From positions 271,527 through 335,526 of the forward strand of contig CBDCZR010000019.1 of assembly GCA_965224535.1 (NCBI GenBank): DNA of 64,000 nt, written 5' to 3'. This stretch comes from Verrucomicrobiales bacterium (lineage in GTDB: Bacteria > Verrucomicrobiota > Verrucomicrobiia > Verrucomicrobiales > DEV007). Both the position numbers and the translations under genes were made by a program. The notes under the pieces were generated by a model. It saw nothing but the letters and a program-made list of their open reading frames with translations. It did not search any database and had not been told where the DNA came from. Of the stretch, positions 40,057-49,969 are shown piece by piece (position 1 is the first letter of the stretch; each line of letters begins with the position of its first letter).

Positions 40057-41466
40057 ATGCACCCCGAATCCGCCCAACCGCCCAGCCGCCGCCGCCTGCT
40101 CCAAACCAGCGCGGTGGGTTTTGGGCATCTGGCGTTTTCTGCGATGCTCGGCGGGGAATCTTCGGCAGCCAACCCGCTTGCGGCGCGCAAACCACACGTG
40201 CCGGCGCGGGCTAAGCGCGTGGTGTTCCTGTTCATGAAGGGCGGGCCGTCGCACGTGGATACCTTTGATCCTAAGCCGCTGCTGGATCGCGACCACGGCA
40301 AGCCCCTGCCCTTTGATCTGCCGCGAGTCACCTTCGCCAAGCAGGGCAATTTGCTCAAATCTCCGTGGCGATTCCGACGTTACGGACAGAGCGGGTTGCC
40401 GGTTAGCGAGCTTTTCCCGAACGTGGCCCAGCTCATCGACGAACTTTGCGTTCTGCGCTCGGTTCATGGCACCAACCCGGCCCACGGCGGAGCTTTGCTG
40501 AAACTCCACACCGGCAGCGACACTTTTGTCCGCCCCAGCCTCGGTTCGTGGGTGATTTACGGGCTGGGCACGGAAAACGAGAATTTGCCCGCGTTTGTGA
40601 CGATTTGCCCCACTTTGGCGCACGGCGGGGTCAACAATTGGGGCGCGGCGTTTTTGCCGTCGCACTGTCAGGGCACGCCAATCGGCAACGCCAGCCTTAA
40701 GGCGTCGCAAGCGGTGGTGAAGCACATCCGCAACGAGCGAATTTCGCCGGAATTGCAGCGCAAGCAGTTGGATTTGATCGCAGCGATGAATCGCGATCAC
40801 CTGCGAGCCGTGGGGAGAAATCAGGCGCTGGAGGGACGGCTCAACTCCTTCGAGCTGGCCTTCCGGATGCAGGCGGAAATGCCGGTGGTGCAAGATTTGA
40901 GCGGCGAAACGCCGGTTACGCGCAAACTCTACGGGATCGACGATCCGCTGACCGAGGATTTCGGGCGGCAATGCCTCATGGCGCGGCGATTTCTGGAACG
41001 CGGCGTCCGATTCGTCCAAGTGACGCACAGCGACAGCGAGGTGCAGTGGGATCAGCACAGCAACCTCTACCAGGGTCACACGAAAAACGCGGCAGAGGTG
41101 GACAAGCCGATCGCGGGGTTTTTGCGCGATTTAAAGGCGCGCGGCATGCTGGAGGACACCCTCGTCATCTGGGGCGGCGAATTTGGCCGCACGCCCACCG
41201 CGCAGGGAACCAACGGCCGCGATCACAACCCTCACGGCTTCACCATGTGGATGGCCGGTGCCGGCGTAAAGCCCGGCTTCGCCTACGGCGCCACCGACGA
41301 TTACGGCTACTACGCCGAACGCGACAAAATGCACGTGCACGATTTGCACGCGACCATCCTCCACATCCTGGGCCTCAACCACGAAAAACTGACGTTTCGC
41401 TACGCGGGCCGGGATTTTCGGCTAACCGACGTGGAAGGACACGTGGCCCGCGAAATTTTGGCCTAG
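40057..41466 (+). CDS. DUF1501 domain protein (Tat signal)
   Basis: SRRRLLQTSAVGFGHLAF leader; DTFDPKP, HSDSEVQWDQHSN, DHNPHGF motifs; no adjacent DUF1553 partner. Confidence 0.85.
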   Translation: MHPESAQPPSRRRLLQTSAVGFGHLAFSAMLGGESSAANPLAARKPHVPARAKRVVFLFMKGGPSHVDTFDPKPLLDRDHGKPLPFDLPRVTFAKQGNLLKSPWRFRRYGQSGLPVSELFPNVAQLIDELCVLRSVHGTNPAHGGALLKLHTGSDTFVRPSLGSWVIYGLGTENENLPAFVTICPTLAHGGVNNWGAAFLPSHCQGTPIGNASLKASQAVVKHIRNERISPELQRKQLDLIAAMNRDHLRAVGRNQALEGRLNSFELAFRMQAEMPVVQDLSGETPVTRKLYGIDDPLTEDFGRQCLMARRFLERGVRFVQVTHSDSEVQWDQHSNLYQGHTKNAAEVDKPIAGFLRDLKARGMLEDTLVIWGGEFGRTPTAQGTNGRDHNPHGFTMWMAGAGVKPGFAYGATDDYGYYAERDKMHVHDLHATILHILGLNHEKLTFRYAGRDFRLTDVEGHVAREILA

Positions 41467-41499
41467 CAAAACGGCCTAGTCTCGCTCAAGATCCCGCTC

Positions 41500-41817
41500 A
41501 TGGCCGCTTCCTCGCCAAATTCGACCGATTCGCCCCAAAAAACCGGCGCCCACGACCTCGGCGCGTCATTTCGCCAATCCCGCCGCGAAATGTGGGTCAT
41601 TCTCGCCGCCTGGACCGCGTTTTTACTCTGGTCGGGCATCACCTGTGCCGCGTTGACGCCCGAACCCGGCGATCCGGTGCCAACCTTGTTGGGAGTCCCG
41701 CGTTGGGCCGCGTTAGGCGTAATGTTGCCCTGGATTTGCGCCATCGGCTTCATTTTCTGGTTCGCCGGCTGCTTCATGCAGGACACCGACTTGGGAACCG
41801 GCGATGGCGACGGTTAA
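41500..41817 (+). CDS. small two-TM membrane protein of unknown function
   Basis: 105 aa with two hydrophobic helices (WVILAAWTAFLLWSGI, ALGVMLPWICAIGFIFWFAG); 33 bp after the DUF1501 stop. Confidence 0.45.
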   Translation: MAASSPNSTDSPQKTGAHDLGASFRQSRREMWVILAAWTAFLLWSGITCAALTPEPGDPVPTLLGVPRWAALGVMLPWICAIGFIFWFAGCFMQDTDLGTGDGDG

Positions 41818-42053
41818 CCGAGCCCCGGGCAGCCTTTTCGCGCGGCGCCGGTTGACGAAATTGCCGGAAGCGCCGATTTTGCGGGGCGCCTGGAAACCAA
41901 CCCTAACCTGCGAGCCGTCTGGAATCCGCCATCGACCAATTCATCCGCCATCTCGCCACCGAGCGCGGACTTTCCACCAACTACCAACTCTCCGTCCAGC
42001 AATCGCTCGAGCACTTTCGCGCCTGGCTTGAGAAAGATCGCGAAATCCGCGCG

Positions 42054-42812
42054 GTGGGCGATTTGAAGTTCGAGCACCTAACCGGCTTCCTGGCCCAGCG
42101 CAAAGCGGAGGAATGGTCCTCCAGCACGTTGCGGCTCAACAACCTCGCGCTGAAGGTTTTCTTCCGTTTCCTGCACCGGCGCGGAATTTTACCCAAAGAC
42201 CTGGGCGAACCGCTCATCTCCCCAAAGCTGGAGCGCCACCTCCCCGGCACGCTCAACGAAACAACCATCGAATCCATCATCGAGGCCATCGATCCGGACG
42301 GCGAACGCGGCTTGCGCGACCGCGCCATCATCGAGCTGTTCTATGGCTCCGGCCTGCGCCTCACCGAGCTGGTGGAACTGACCCTCGACGCCGTAAATCT
42401 GGACGAGCGCATGGTCCGCGTGCTCGGCAAGGGCGGCAAAACGCGGCTCGTCCCCATGGGGCAGCGCGCCAGGGAAGCGATCGTGGCTTACCTGACCAAG
42501 GAACGCCCCCGCTTCGTCAATCCCCGCAGCGGAATCGAGATTTTTCTGTCGATTCGCGGCTTCAAACTGACGCGCCAGCGGATTTGGCAGATTTTGCGCG
42601 AGCGCGCCGTTGAAGCCGGGTTTGAGCCCACCATCATCCATCCGCACCTGTTGCGGCACTCATTTGCGACGCATTTGCTCGGCAACGGAGCGGATTTGCG
42701 CGTCATCCAGGAAATGCTCGGCCACGCGGACATCGCCTCCACGCAAATTTACACGCACGTGGACGGCAAACGGCTCAAAGAGGTCCACCGCCAGTTTCAT
42801 CCGCGGGGTTGA
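42054..42812 (+). CDS. xerD: tyrosine site-specific recombinase, XerD/XerC-like. The conserved N-terminal domain continues in frame upstream to about 41907, where there is no ATG/GTG/TTG.
   Basis: Catalytic region ...LLRHSFATHLLGNGADLRVIQEMLGHADIASTQIYTHV with R..H..Y. The upstream in-frame translation ESAIDQFIRHLATERGLSTNYQLSVQQSLEHFRAWLE is the canonical XerD N-terminus. Confidence 0.8.
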   Translation: MGDLKFEHLTGFLAQRKAEEWSSSTLRLNNLALKVFFRFLHRRGILPKDLGEPLISPKLERHLPGTLNETTIESIIEAIDPDGERGLRDRAIIELFYGSGLRLTELVELTLDAVNLDERMVRVLGKGGKTRLVPMGQRAREAIVAYLTKERPRFVNPRSGIEIFLSIRGFKLTRQRIWQILRERAVEAGFEPTIIHPHLLRHSFATHLLGNGADLRVIQEMLGHADIASTQIYTHVDGKRLKEVHRQFHPRG

Positions 42813-42947
42813 GGGACGGGATGACGATATCTCCAAAATCTTGCGCCTCGCAAAGATCCGCAGGCTAAATTCGCCGTTGCAAACCCGCTCACTCGCCCCT
42901 AGCTTCCGTCCCCGGTTCGCCAACGGCAGTTTCCGCGAAAAAATGAC

Positions 42948-43023
42948 GGTGACCGTAGCTCAGCGGTAGAGCCCCTGATTGTGGTTCAGGATGTCGCGGG
43001 TTCGAATCCCGTCGGTCACCCCA
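42948..43023 (+). tRNA. tRNA-His (anticodon GTG) with encoded G-1 and 3' CCA
   Basis: Manual fold: G-1, acceptor GTGACCG/CGGTCAC, D-arm GCTC-AGCGGTA-GAGC, anticodon loop TTGTGGT (GTG), T-arm GCGGG-TTCGAAT-CCCGT, discriminator C then CCA. G-1 with C73 is diagnostic of tRNA-His. Confidence 0.85.
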
Positions 43024-43084
43024 TTTTTTCCTTTTCTCTTTGCATGGCGGGCGAAGCAGCGATTTCTTGGAGGCCACGTTTGTC

Positions 43085-43783
43085 ATGGATTCGTTGGAAG
43101 ACAAGGTCGGTTACAAATTCCGCAATTCGCTCTTGCTGGCGGAGGCCTTGACGCATCCCAGCTTGGCTTACGAAACCCAAAAGCCGCATTTCGACAACCA
43201 ACGGCTGGAATTTTTGGGAGACGCGGTTCTTCAGCTCATCCTCACCGAGGAGCTGTTTCAGAAATTTCCCAAGTTTAGCGAGGGCCGGCTCACCAAGCTG
43301 CGTTCCCGGCTGGTTTCCCGCACGGCGCTCAAAATTTACGCCGAAGACATCGGTTTGGGCGATTATTTGTTGATGGGCAAGGGCGAGGAGGCCAGCGGCG
43401 GCCGCACGCGGGCTTCGACCCTGGCCGACGCTTTTGAGTCGCTGGTCGGCGCAATTTACCTGGATGGCGGGTTTGAGTCGGCGCACGAGTTTTTGAACAA
43501 ACATTGCCGCGAGGCCATGCGAAAAATCGAGGAAATGCCGGCGGAGGTGAATCCGAAGGGCCAATTGCAGGAGACATTGCAGGCCATTTCCGCGACCAGC
43601 CCGCGTTACCGCGTTCTTTCCCAGGATGGCCCGGATCATCGCAAGACGTTTGTTTGCTGCGTGGAGTGGGAAGGGCGGCGACTCGGCGAGGGGACGGGAT
43701 CGAGCAAGAAGGAAGCCGAAGCAATGGCTGCCAACAAAGCGCTGGAGGGCAAAATTTGGGAGGAATCGGGGTTTGAGCTGTAA
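43085..43783 (+). CDS. rnc: ribonuclease III
   Basis: RNase III signature ERLEFLGDAVL; C-terminal dsRBD (KTFVCCVEWEG...GSSKKEAEAMAA); ATG at 43085. Confidence 0.9.
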   Translation: MDSLEDKVGYKFRNSLLLAEALTHPSLAYETQKPHFDNQRLEFLGDAVLQLILTEELFQKFPKFSEGRLTKLRSRLVSRTALKIYAEDIGLGDYLLMGKGEEASGGRTRASTLADAFESLVGAIYLDGGFESAHEFLNKHCREAMRKIEEMPAEVNPKGQLQETLQAISATSPRYRVLSQDGPDHRKTFVCCVEWEGRRLGEGTGSSKKEAEAMAANKALEGKIWEESGFEL

Positions 43784-43875
43784 CGAACAGGGCAGGCTTA
43801 GTGCACACGCGATTATCCGCGCCGCGGGCGATCAGCGGCTTCGGGTCGTGGTGATTCGGGGCCGGTGGGCGATTT

Positions 43876-46188
43876 TTAGCGGTAGATCGCCACTGGCGCT
43901 AACAACCCGCCTGTTCCGAGTTCGTTGACAAATTCTCGTTCGCAGAAAATGGCGATCTTGTTAGACCCAGGTTGAATTGCGTTGCTGATGTCGAACGAGG
44001 CCGGTTTGCAGAATCCATTGAAACGCTCCAGCGACTCGCCATTGTCGTCCACGAACGGAATGTGCTGACCATTGACGAAGACTTTCGCGTGACCGTCGGT
44101 CGCTCCAATCCAGAGCCAGGTTTTTGCGTCGCCGGCCGCCGCCGGAATTTCGACTTCCGCGCGATACCACATCGCGCCCATGTAGTTGTGATGTCCGAGT
44201 GTGGACCACGTTTCGACCGCGACATCGGTCGTTTCCCAGCCAGTGTCGGCAAAATCCGCGGCAGCCCAGCCTTGTGCCTCCCCGTTTTTGTCCGGGTCGA
44301 TTCGATAGCGCCAGTTGCGAATTGGCGATTTTGTCAGGATGTCGAAGCCTGTCGCGATACGCGTGGCGTCGTCGTAGGTCTTTTGGTAGAACGCGCGGAA
44401 ATAGCGGCCGTAGAGACTCTCATCGCGCGTCCAGCCCATTTTGCCGAAACAGGATTTATCCTCGTGGTTTTTGCCCAGCTCGCTGGTTCGGTTGAAGTAG
44501 CGCTTGGCGTCAGCCGCGAGGTTCTCAAAACGCCCTTCCGCCAAATCTCGGCGCAATTTCATGAAGAGCCGGAACTGGTCGAGCGACTCCCGTGCGATTT
44601 TGATGCGCTTTTGCACGGCCGGCGTGTTGCTCGCCATTTCCGCCGCAGCCAGCAGTTGCTGGATCTTTTCCTCGCGCTCCGGCGTGAAGCGCCGCAGGTG
44701 ACCAAAGCCACAGCCGGAATATTCCGGCGTATTCACCCAGACAGAATCGATAAACTGCCAATACGCAGCCATCTCCGGCGCGGCGTCTCCGTAAAACGCG
44801 GTGTGCAACTCGGCGATGAGGTCCTCCGGCTTCTGCTGAGGATCCCACGCCATGCGCAGCCCGAGCCAGTGGGCGTGCATCGCCGTTTCGAAGTTTGTCA
44901 GGGTCTCCGGCTGCCAGAACGTGCAGCCGTGTTCATAGATCAACGGCAGGTCGATGCCCCACTTTGTCATAAAAGGATGTGGCGCCGCCGGATTGGCCAA
45001 ATTGAAGCCGTAGAAGTAATACGAGATGTCCTTCGCCTTCTCTCCCCAGCCTTTGACGAGATAGCGCAGTGACTCATTGTTCGGCTCGTCCGCGGTCATC
45101 GGATGATTGCGGGCAAAGGTGATCGGAGCAATTTGCGGAACGATGCTTGGATGCAGTTTCTCGCGAACGGGCGGCCGGGTGTAATCGACATAAGCCAGAA
45201 CGCCGAAACGGACGTCTGGATGTTTGGCAGTCACTTTTTCGGCGATGCGATTGCAGGCGTAAATCAGTCGGTCGGTCTTGGCGACGGTCTGGAGCGTGGT
45301 GTCGAAATCATCCGCATCATGCTGTGGATCGTAAGCCTCGTCCCAACGTGCGCCGTCGGCGGGCGACAGCGAAAAGGTGCGCGTGTCAGGATCTTTTTCC
45401 AGCCGTTCGAGAATCGCGTTGGCGACGGCGTCGACGACCAGCGGGTGCGTCCACTTGAGCAGATGCGGATGCGGCTTGCCGCCGATTACCGCGCGGATTT
45501 CCGGATTTGATTCGCGCAACTCCTTCGGCACGTAGGACTCAAACGCGTGCCCGGCTTTAAGTTCGAGACCACCGAGCCGATTTCGGCGAGCAAAATCGTT
45601 ATCACAATACCAGAGCCCGCGATAAACGGTGTGCGGCCCTTCGGAAAGGTCCTGCTCTGCGATTTCGATCGCTTTTGTTTTCGGCAACACCTCGCCAAGC
45701 TCGCCCGGCATGAACCAACGGCAGCCGATTTGATCGAGCAGCGTGTAGATCGCGTAACTCGTCGCCAGATCGGATTCGCCGATCAATCCCACGACGCCGT
45801 CTTTGACGACGATTCGAAAACCCTGCTTCTCCGGATAAGCCTTTTCCGTTTTGCCAAACGCCGTTTCAGCCAGCTCCCCAATCAAAATTGGAGTTCGCTT
45901 GTCGTCAGCGGTTGCCGGGCCGGCCTTTATCTCAATAGTCCCGCCCGCAATCCGGTTCAGAATCTCCGCGAGATCGAAAACGCTTTCGCGAAGCCGCAAC
46001 CGGTTGATTTCCGGATCGAGCTTGCGCCAGACGGGAAACGGTTCCGGCGTGGCCTCGCGATCGTCGAGAAGGCGTTTCGGAACGCAAATCACGGCGTTTG
46101 GTTTGCCGTCGATCACCAACGAAACCGGTTCGGCAATCGCCAGACAGGTAGGCAACAAGGACAGAAGGGGAAATAGGAAGAAGCGCAT
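43876..46188 (-). CDS. secreted DUF4838-like putative glycoside hydrolase with a C-terminal sugar-binding jelly-roll
   Basis: Signal peptide MRFFLFPLLSLLPTCLAIAEP. C-terminal MGAMWYRAEVEIP...WLWIGATDGHAKVFVNGQHI resembles a GH2-type sugar-binding domain. Family assignment is from memory. Confidence 0.55.
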   Translation of the reverse strand: MRFFLFPLLSLLPTCLAIAEPVSLVIDGKPNAVICVPKRLLDDREATPEPFPVWRKLDPEINRLRLRESVFDLAEILNRIAGGTIEIKAGPATADDKRTPILIGELAETAFGKTEKAYPEKQGFRIVVKDGVVGLIGESDLATSYAIYTLLDQIGCRWFMPGELGEVLPKTKAIEIAEQDLSEGPHTVYRGLWYCDNDFARRNRLGGLELKAGHAFESYVPKELRESNPEIRAVIGGKPHPHLLKWTHPLVVDAVANAILERLEKDPDTRTFSLSPADGARWDEAYDPQHDADDFDTTLQTVAKTDRLIYACNRIAEKVTAKHPDVRFGVLAYVDYTRPPVREKLHPSIVPQIAPITFARNHPMTADEPNNESLRYLVKGWGEKAKDISYYFYGFNLANPAAPHPFMTKWGIDLPLIYEHGCTFWQPETLTNFETAMHAHWLGLRMAWDPQQKPEDLIAELHTAFYGDAAPEMAAYWQFIDSVWVNTPEYSGCGFGHLRRFTPEREEKIQQLLAAAEMASNTPAVQKRIKIARESLDQFRLFMKLRRDLAEGRFENLAADAKRYFNRTSELGKNHEDKSCFGKMGWTRDESLYGRYFRAFYQKTYDDATRIATGFDILTKSPIRNWRYRIDPDKNGEAQGWAAADFADTGWETTDVAVETWSTLGHHNYMGAMWYRAEVEIPAAAGDAKTWLWIGATDGHAKVFVNGQHIPFVDDNGESLERFNGFCKPASFDISNAIQPGSNKIAIFCEREFVNELGTGGLLAPVAIYR

Positions 46189-46199
46189 CACTGAAATGG

Positions 46200-48285
46200 T
46201 TAGTAAACGGTGCGGAATTCGCCCGAGGCGATCAAGCCGTGGCAAATATCCGTCCACAGGGTTAACGGATCGTCCTCAGCTGCGGATTTCACCATTTCCG
46301 CGACCATCTGACGCTCGGAGTCTTGCGGATCGCGCCCTAACATGAGCCGAAACGCGGCAGCCGTGCGTCCTGAACTCTCGGTGGTCAGCAATCGCTCCGC
46401 CGCCAGCTTGGCCTGCGCGCGGACGAACGCGTCGTTCATCAAAAACAGCGCTTGCGGCGCCACCGTGGTCCGATCGCGCTGGCCGACGACGAGACTCGGG
46501 TCGGCGGCGTCGAACACCTTCATCATGTCCGGCAACGCGGCGCGAACGACGGGCAGGTAGACGCTGCGGTAGTTCCCTTCGGTGTGGGCATTGCGCAGTC
46601 GATCGCAATACTCAGCTTTCATCTCGAAGGTGCCGATCTCCGACACAATCGAGCCTTCCAACTGCGCCAAATTGAGCTTCCCTGCGACTTGGAGCAAACT
46701 ATCGCGAATCGCCTCGCCCTCCAAACGACGCGGGTTCATGCGCCACAGCAGTTGGTTAGCGGAATCGAGGGCGTAGCTCGCCTCGGCATGGTCTGAACTG
46801 AGGCGGTAGGCGCGGCTGAGCATCGTGGTGCGTATCAGATTCTTAAGCGACCACCCGTTTTCGACAAACTCCAGTGCCAGGTGATCGAGCAATTGCGGAT
46901 GCGTCGGCCGGCTGCCGATGATGCCGAAGTTGTCCGGCGTATCGACCAGCCCCACGCCGAACAAATGATTCCAAACGCGGTTCGCCAGCACGCGCGCAGT
47001 CAGCGGATTGCGCTCGTCGGCAATCCAGCGCGCCAGTTGCAGCCGACCGCTCTGACCAGCGGGGATTTCGTCCATCGGCAACGCCTCACTGAGAACGGCA
47101 ATCGTGCCTCGCGGCACTTTGTCGCCTGGTTGACCGACATCGCCCGCGGGGAAAAACTCGCAGTCGTCGATCTTCTCACCCTCTTTGGCCGCCATGACCG
47201 ACGGGGGCGGTTCGGGAATGGCTTTTTGGGCGTCGCGGAACGCTTTGAGCTTTTCCTTGTGGACAACTTTGGCCTTTTCCAAATCCATCCTCCAATTTGG
47301 CGAGTTCCTCCGCGGTAGCCGAAGCCGCCATGGCATCTTTGATGTCGTTTTCCAGCCCCATCTGCGCCCGGCGCGCCTTGGTGAAGATCGGCGTGACCTC
47401 CTTGAGATGCTTCTCCGCTGCCGCGATCTGATCGATGATCGCCTGCCCATTTTCGCCGAGCGGAAAGAGGCCGTTGTCGATGTTGTTGGTGTTCGCCTTG
47501 ACGCCGGCAAGGTTTTTGGTGCTGCGAAAAATCCCCGCCAACGCGTAGTAGTCGCGCGCCGTGACCGGATCGTAGAAATGATCGTGGCAACGCGCGCAGC
47601 CGACTGTCAGGCCCATGAAAGCGCGGAACGTCGTGTCGATTTGGTCATCGACCACGCCCATGCGATAGACGAGCGATTGGTTACGCTCGTTCAGCAGCTT
47701 GGGACCGACGATCAAAAAGCCGGTCGCGGTATGTTGCCGCTCAACCTGACGCCGATTCTCAGCCGGCAATAGGTCGCCGGCGATCTGCTCGAGGATGAAA
47801 CGGTCGAACGGCATGTCCGCGTTGACCGCGTCGATGACCCAATTGCGGTAGGGCCACGCAAAACGGTAGCTGACGTTGCGCGACTGGCCGGCCGACTCGG
47901 CAAAACGCGCCACATCGAGCCAGTGCTTGCCCCAGCGCTGGCCAAACGCGGGCCGCGCGAGGAGTTCGTCGATCAACTTCGGCAACGCCTCGGCCACGCT
48001 ATCACGAAGCTGCAGCGTCCACGTTTCGATGTCCTCCAGCGTCGGCGGCAGACCGATGAGATCGAAGAACACGCGTCGTAACAGCACCTGCGGCTCAGCA
48101 TCGGCGTTTGGCTCCAACCCCTCCGATTCGAGCCGCGCGAGAATGAAGCGATCGATGTCCGTGCGCGCCCAATCTTGCCGTTCGACTTCGGGAACTTCCG
48201 GCGCGGTTGGCGGCTGAAAGGACCAGTGCGGCTCCTCCGCTACCGCGGCGCCTAACAAAGCCATCAGCCAAACGAGCGTCCTCAT
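46200..48285 (-). pseudogene. DUF1549/DUF1553 (PSCyt2/PSD1) gene interrupted by a single-base frameshift near 47265..47290
   Basis: Upstream ORF (47176..48285 part) carries DUF1549 (W..DIDRFILARLE, GCARCHDHFYDPVTARDYY). Downstream ORF (46200..47510) carries DUF1553 (NRVWNHLFGVGLV, NPRRLEGEAIRD). Removing one G from 'gatgga' restores a continuous EELAKLEDDLEKAKVVHKEKL. Confidence 0.75.
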
Positions 48286-49646
48286 GCCAAAAGGTCCTTC
48301 ACCACCTTTCCGTAGACATCGGTTAGACGAAAATCGCGACCCGAGTAACGATACGTCAGCTCTTCGTGATCCAGCCCTAACAAGTGCAAAATCGTGGCGT
48401 GGAAATCGTGCAGGTGAACCTTGTTTTCCACCGCCTTGTAGCCAAACTCGTCGGTTAGGCCGTGGTTGAGCCCACCTTTGACGCCGCCGCCCGCCATCCA
48501 CATCGTGAAACCGTAGTGATCGTGGTCGCGGCCCTTGGTTTTGTTGAGATACGGCGGCCGGCCGAACTCACCGCCCCACACCAGCAACGTGTCCTCGAAC
48601 ATACCGCGTTGCTTGAGATCGGAAATCAACGCCGCGATCGGCTGGTCGGTCGCCAAACCCAGCTCACCATGAATCTTCTGCAAATCGACGTGGTTGTCCC
48701 AGCGGCCGACGTTCAGCTGGATGAAGCGCACGCCTGCCTCGGCAAAGCGCCGCGCCAACAGGCACTGACGGCCGAACTGCTCGGTCTCCTTGGCGCCAAT
48801 GCCGTAGGCTTCCTTCGTCTTAGCACTCTCGCCACGCAAATCCATCACCTTCGGCGCCTCGGTCTGCATGCGAAACGCCAGCTCGTAGCTTTGGATGAGC
48901 CCTTCGAGGTCATCGTTGACCCGGTCACGCTTGAGTCGCTCGCGATTCAGCCCCTGCGCCAACTGCAAGGTGCGCCGCGATACGATGCTCTTGGTGTTCG
49001 GCAGGCTGATGTCGTCGGTTAGCTCCTGGCCTTCGGCGAGGATCGGCGTTCCCTGGCATGCGGCCGGCAAAAACGCGTTGCCGTAGTTGCGCGCCCCGCC
49101 ACCGCCGCCGGCTTGAGGGCAAATCGAGATGAACCCGGGCAAGCTCTGGTTTTCGGTGCCCAAGCCGTAAATCACCCACGCGCCGACCGACGGCCGCGCG
49201 AATTGAAAGCTGCCCGTCTGCATCTGCAGCACCGCCTGCGGGTGATTGCCAACATCGGTGTGCATGCTGTTGATGACGCACAGGTCATCGGCGTGCTGCG
49301 CGACGTGCGGAAACAGCTCCGACACCCACATGCCGCTGTTACCACGTTGGCGGAATTCCCACGGCGATTTCCAGTACTTCAGCGTGCTGCCTTTGCTAAC
49401 CGGCTCACCGTCTTTGTTCGCCAAAGCCGGTTTGTAGTCGAACGTGTCCACCTGCGATGGCCCGCCGCGCATGAACAGGAAGATCACGCGCTTGGCGCGG
49501 GCCGGCAGTGGCGGATTTTTCGGCGTCAGCGGGTTGCTCGCTCCATTCGCGATACCGGCCAAAGCTAACGCGCCGAATCCACCGCCGGCAGTGTGGAGAA
49601 ACTCACGGCGGTTGGTGGGCAAGGGTGATTTGAAGCAATGCGGCAT
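48282..49646 (-). CDS. DUF1501 domain protein (Tat signal); its stop overlaps the start of the downstream PSD gene (ATGA)
   Basis: NRREFLHTAGGGFGALALAG leader; DTFDYKP, GRWDNHVD, DHDHYGF motifs. Confidence 0.85.
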   Translation of the reverse strand: MPHCFKSPLPTNRREFLHTAGGGFGALALAGIANGASNPLTPKNPPLPARAKRVIFLFMRGGPSQVDTFDYKPALANKDGEPVSKGSTLKYWKSPWEFRQRGNSGMWVSELFPHVAQHADDLCVINSMHTDVGNHPQAVLQMQTGSFQFARPSVGAWVIYGLGTENQSLPGFISICPQAGGGGGARNYGNAFLPAACQGTPILAEGQELTDDISLPNTKSIVSRRTLQLAQGLNRERLKRDRVNDDLEGLIQSYELAFRMQTEAPKVMDLRGESAKTKEAYGIGAKETEQFGRQCLLARRFAEAGVRFIQLNVGRWDNHVDLQKIHGELGLATDQPIAALISDLKQRGMFEDTLLVWGGEFGRPPYLNKTKGRDHDHYGFTMWMAGGGVKGGLNHGLTDEFGYKAVENKVHLHDFHATILHLLGLDHEELTYRYSGRDFRLTDVYGKVVKDLLA

Positions 49647-49969
49647 GGCGTCCATTCAAAACCACGCACTTCGGGCTGCATCTCATTCAATTTAGCGCGA
49701 GCCTACGCAATCATGGTAAACTTTCGACACTCGATGATCGATTCGACAGGAACAAAACCAAAGAAAAATCGCCGTTGGCCCATTGGCCGTCGTGGCGCTG
49801 CTCATCCCAGCTTGGGTAGCCGTTGGGATGTTGGGATTAGGGAAAAATGATGGCCTTGTGAGTTCGCCGAATGCACCACGGCCGAAGGTTTATGCGAAGC
49901 AACCAAAGGCGTGCTGGGATTATATTGCGCCTGGTTGGCTCAAATAGTAGTGAATGCCGTCCGCAGACC

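Noticed and set aside
40042-41079. 345-aa minus-strand ORF
   Set aside because: It is antisense to the DUF1501 gene 40057..41466.
42054-43023. Integrase-tRNA junction as the boundary of a genomic island
   Set aside because: The recombinase is a short XerD-type rather than a phage integrase. The downstream genes (rnc) are housekeeping with host-like GC, and no direct repeat of the tRNA 3' end was seen nearby.
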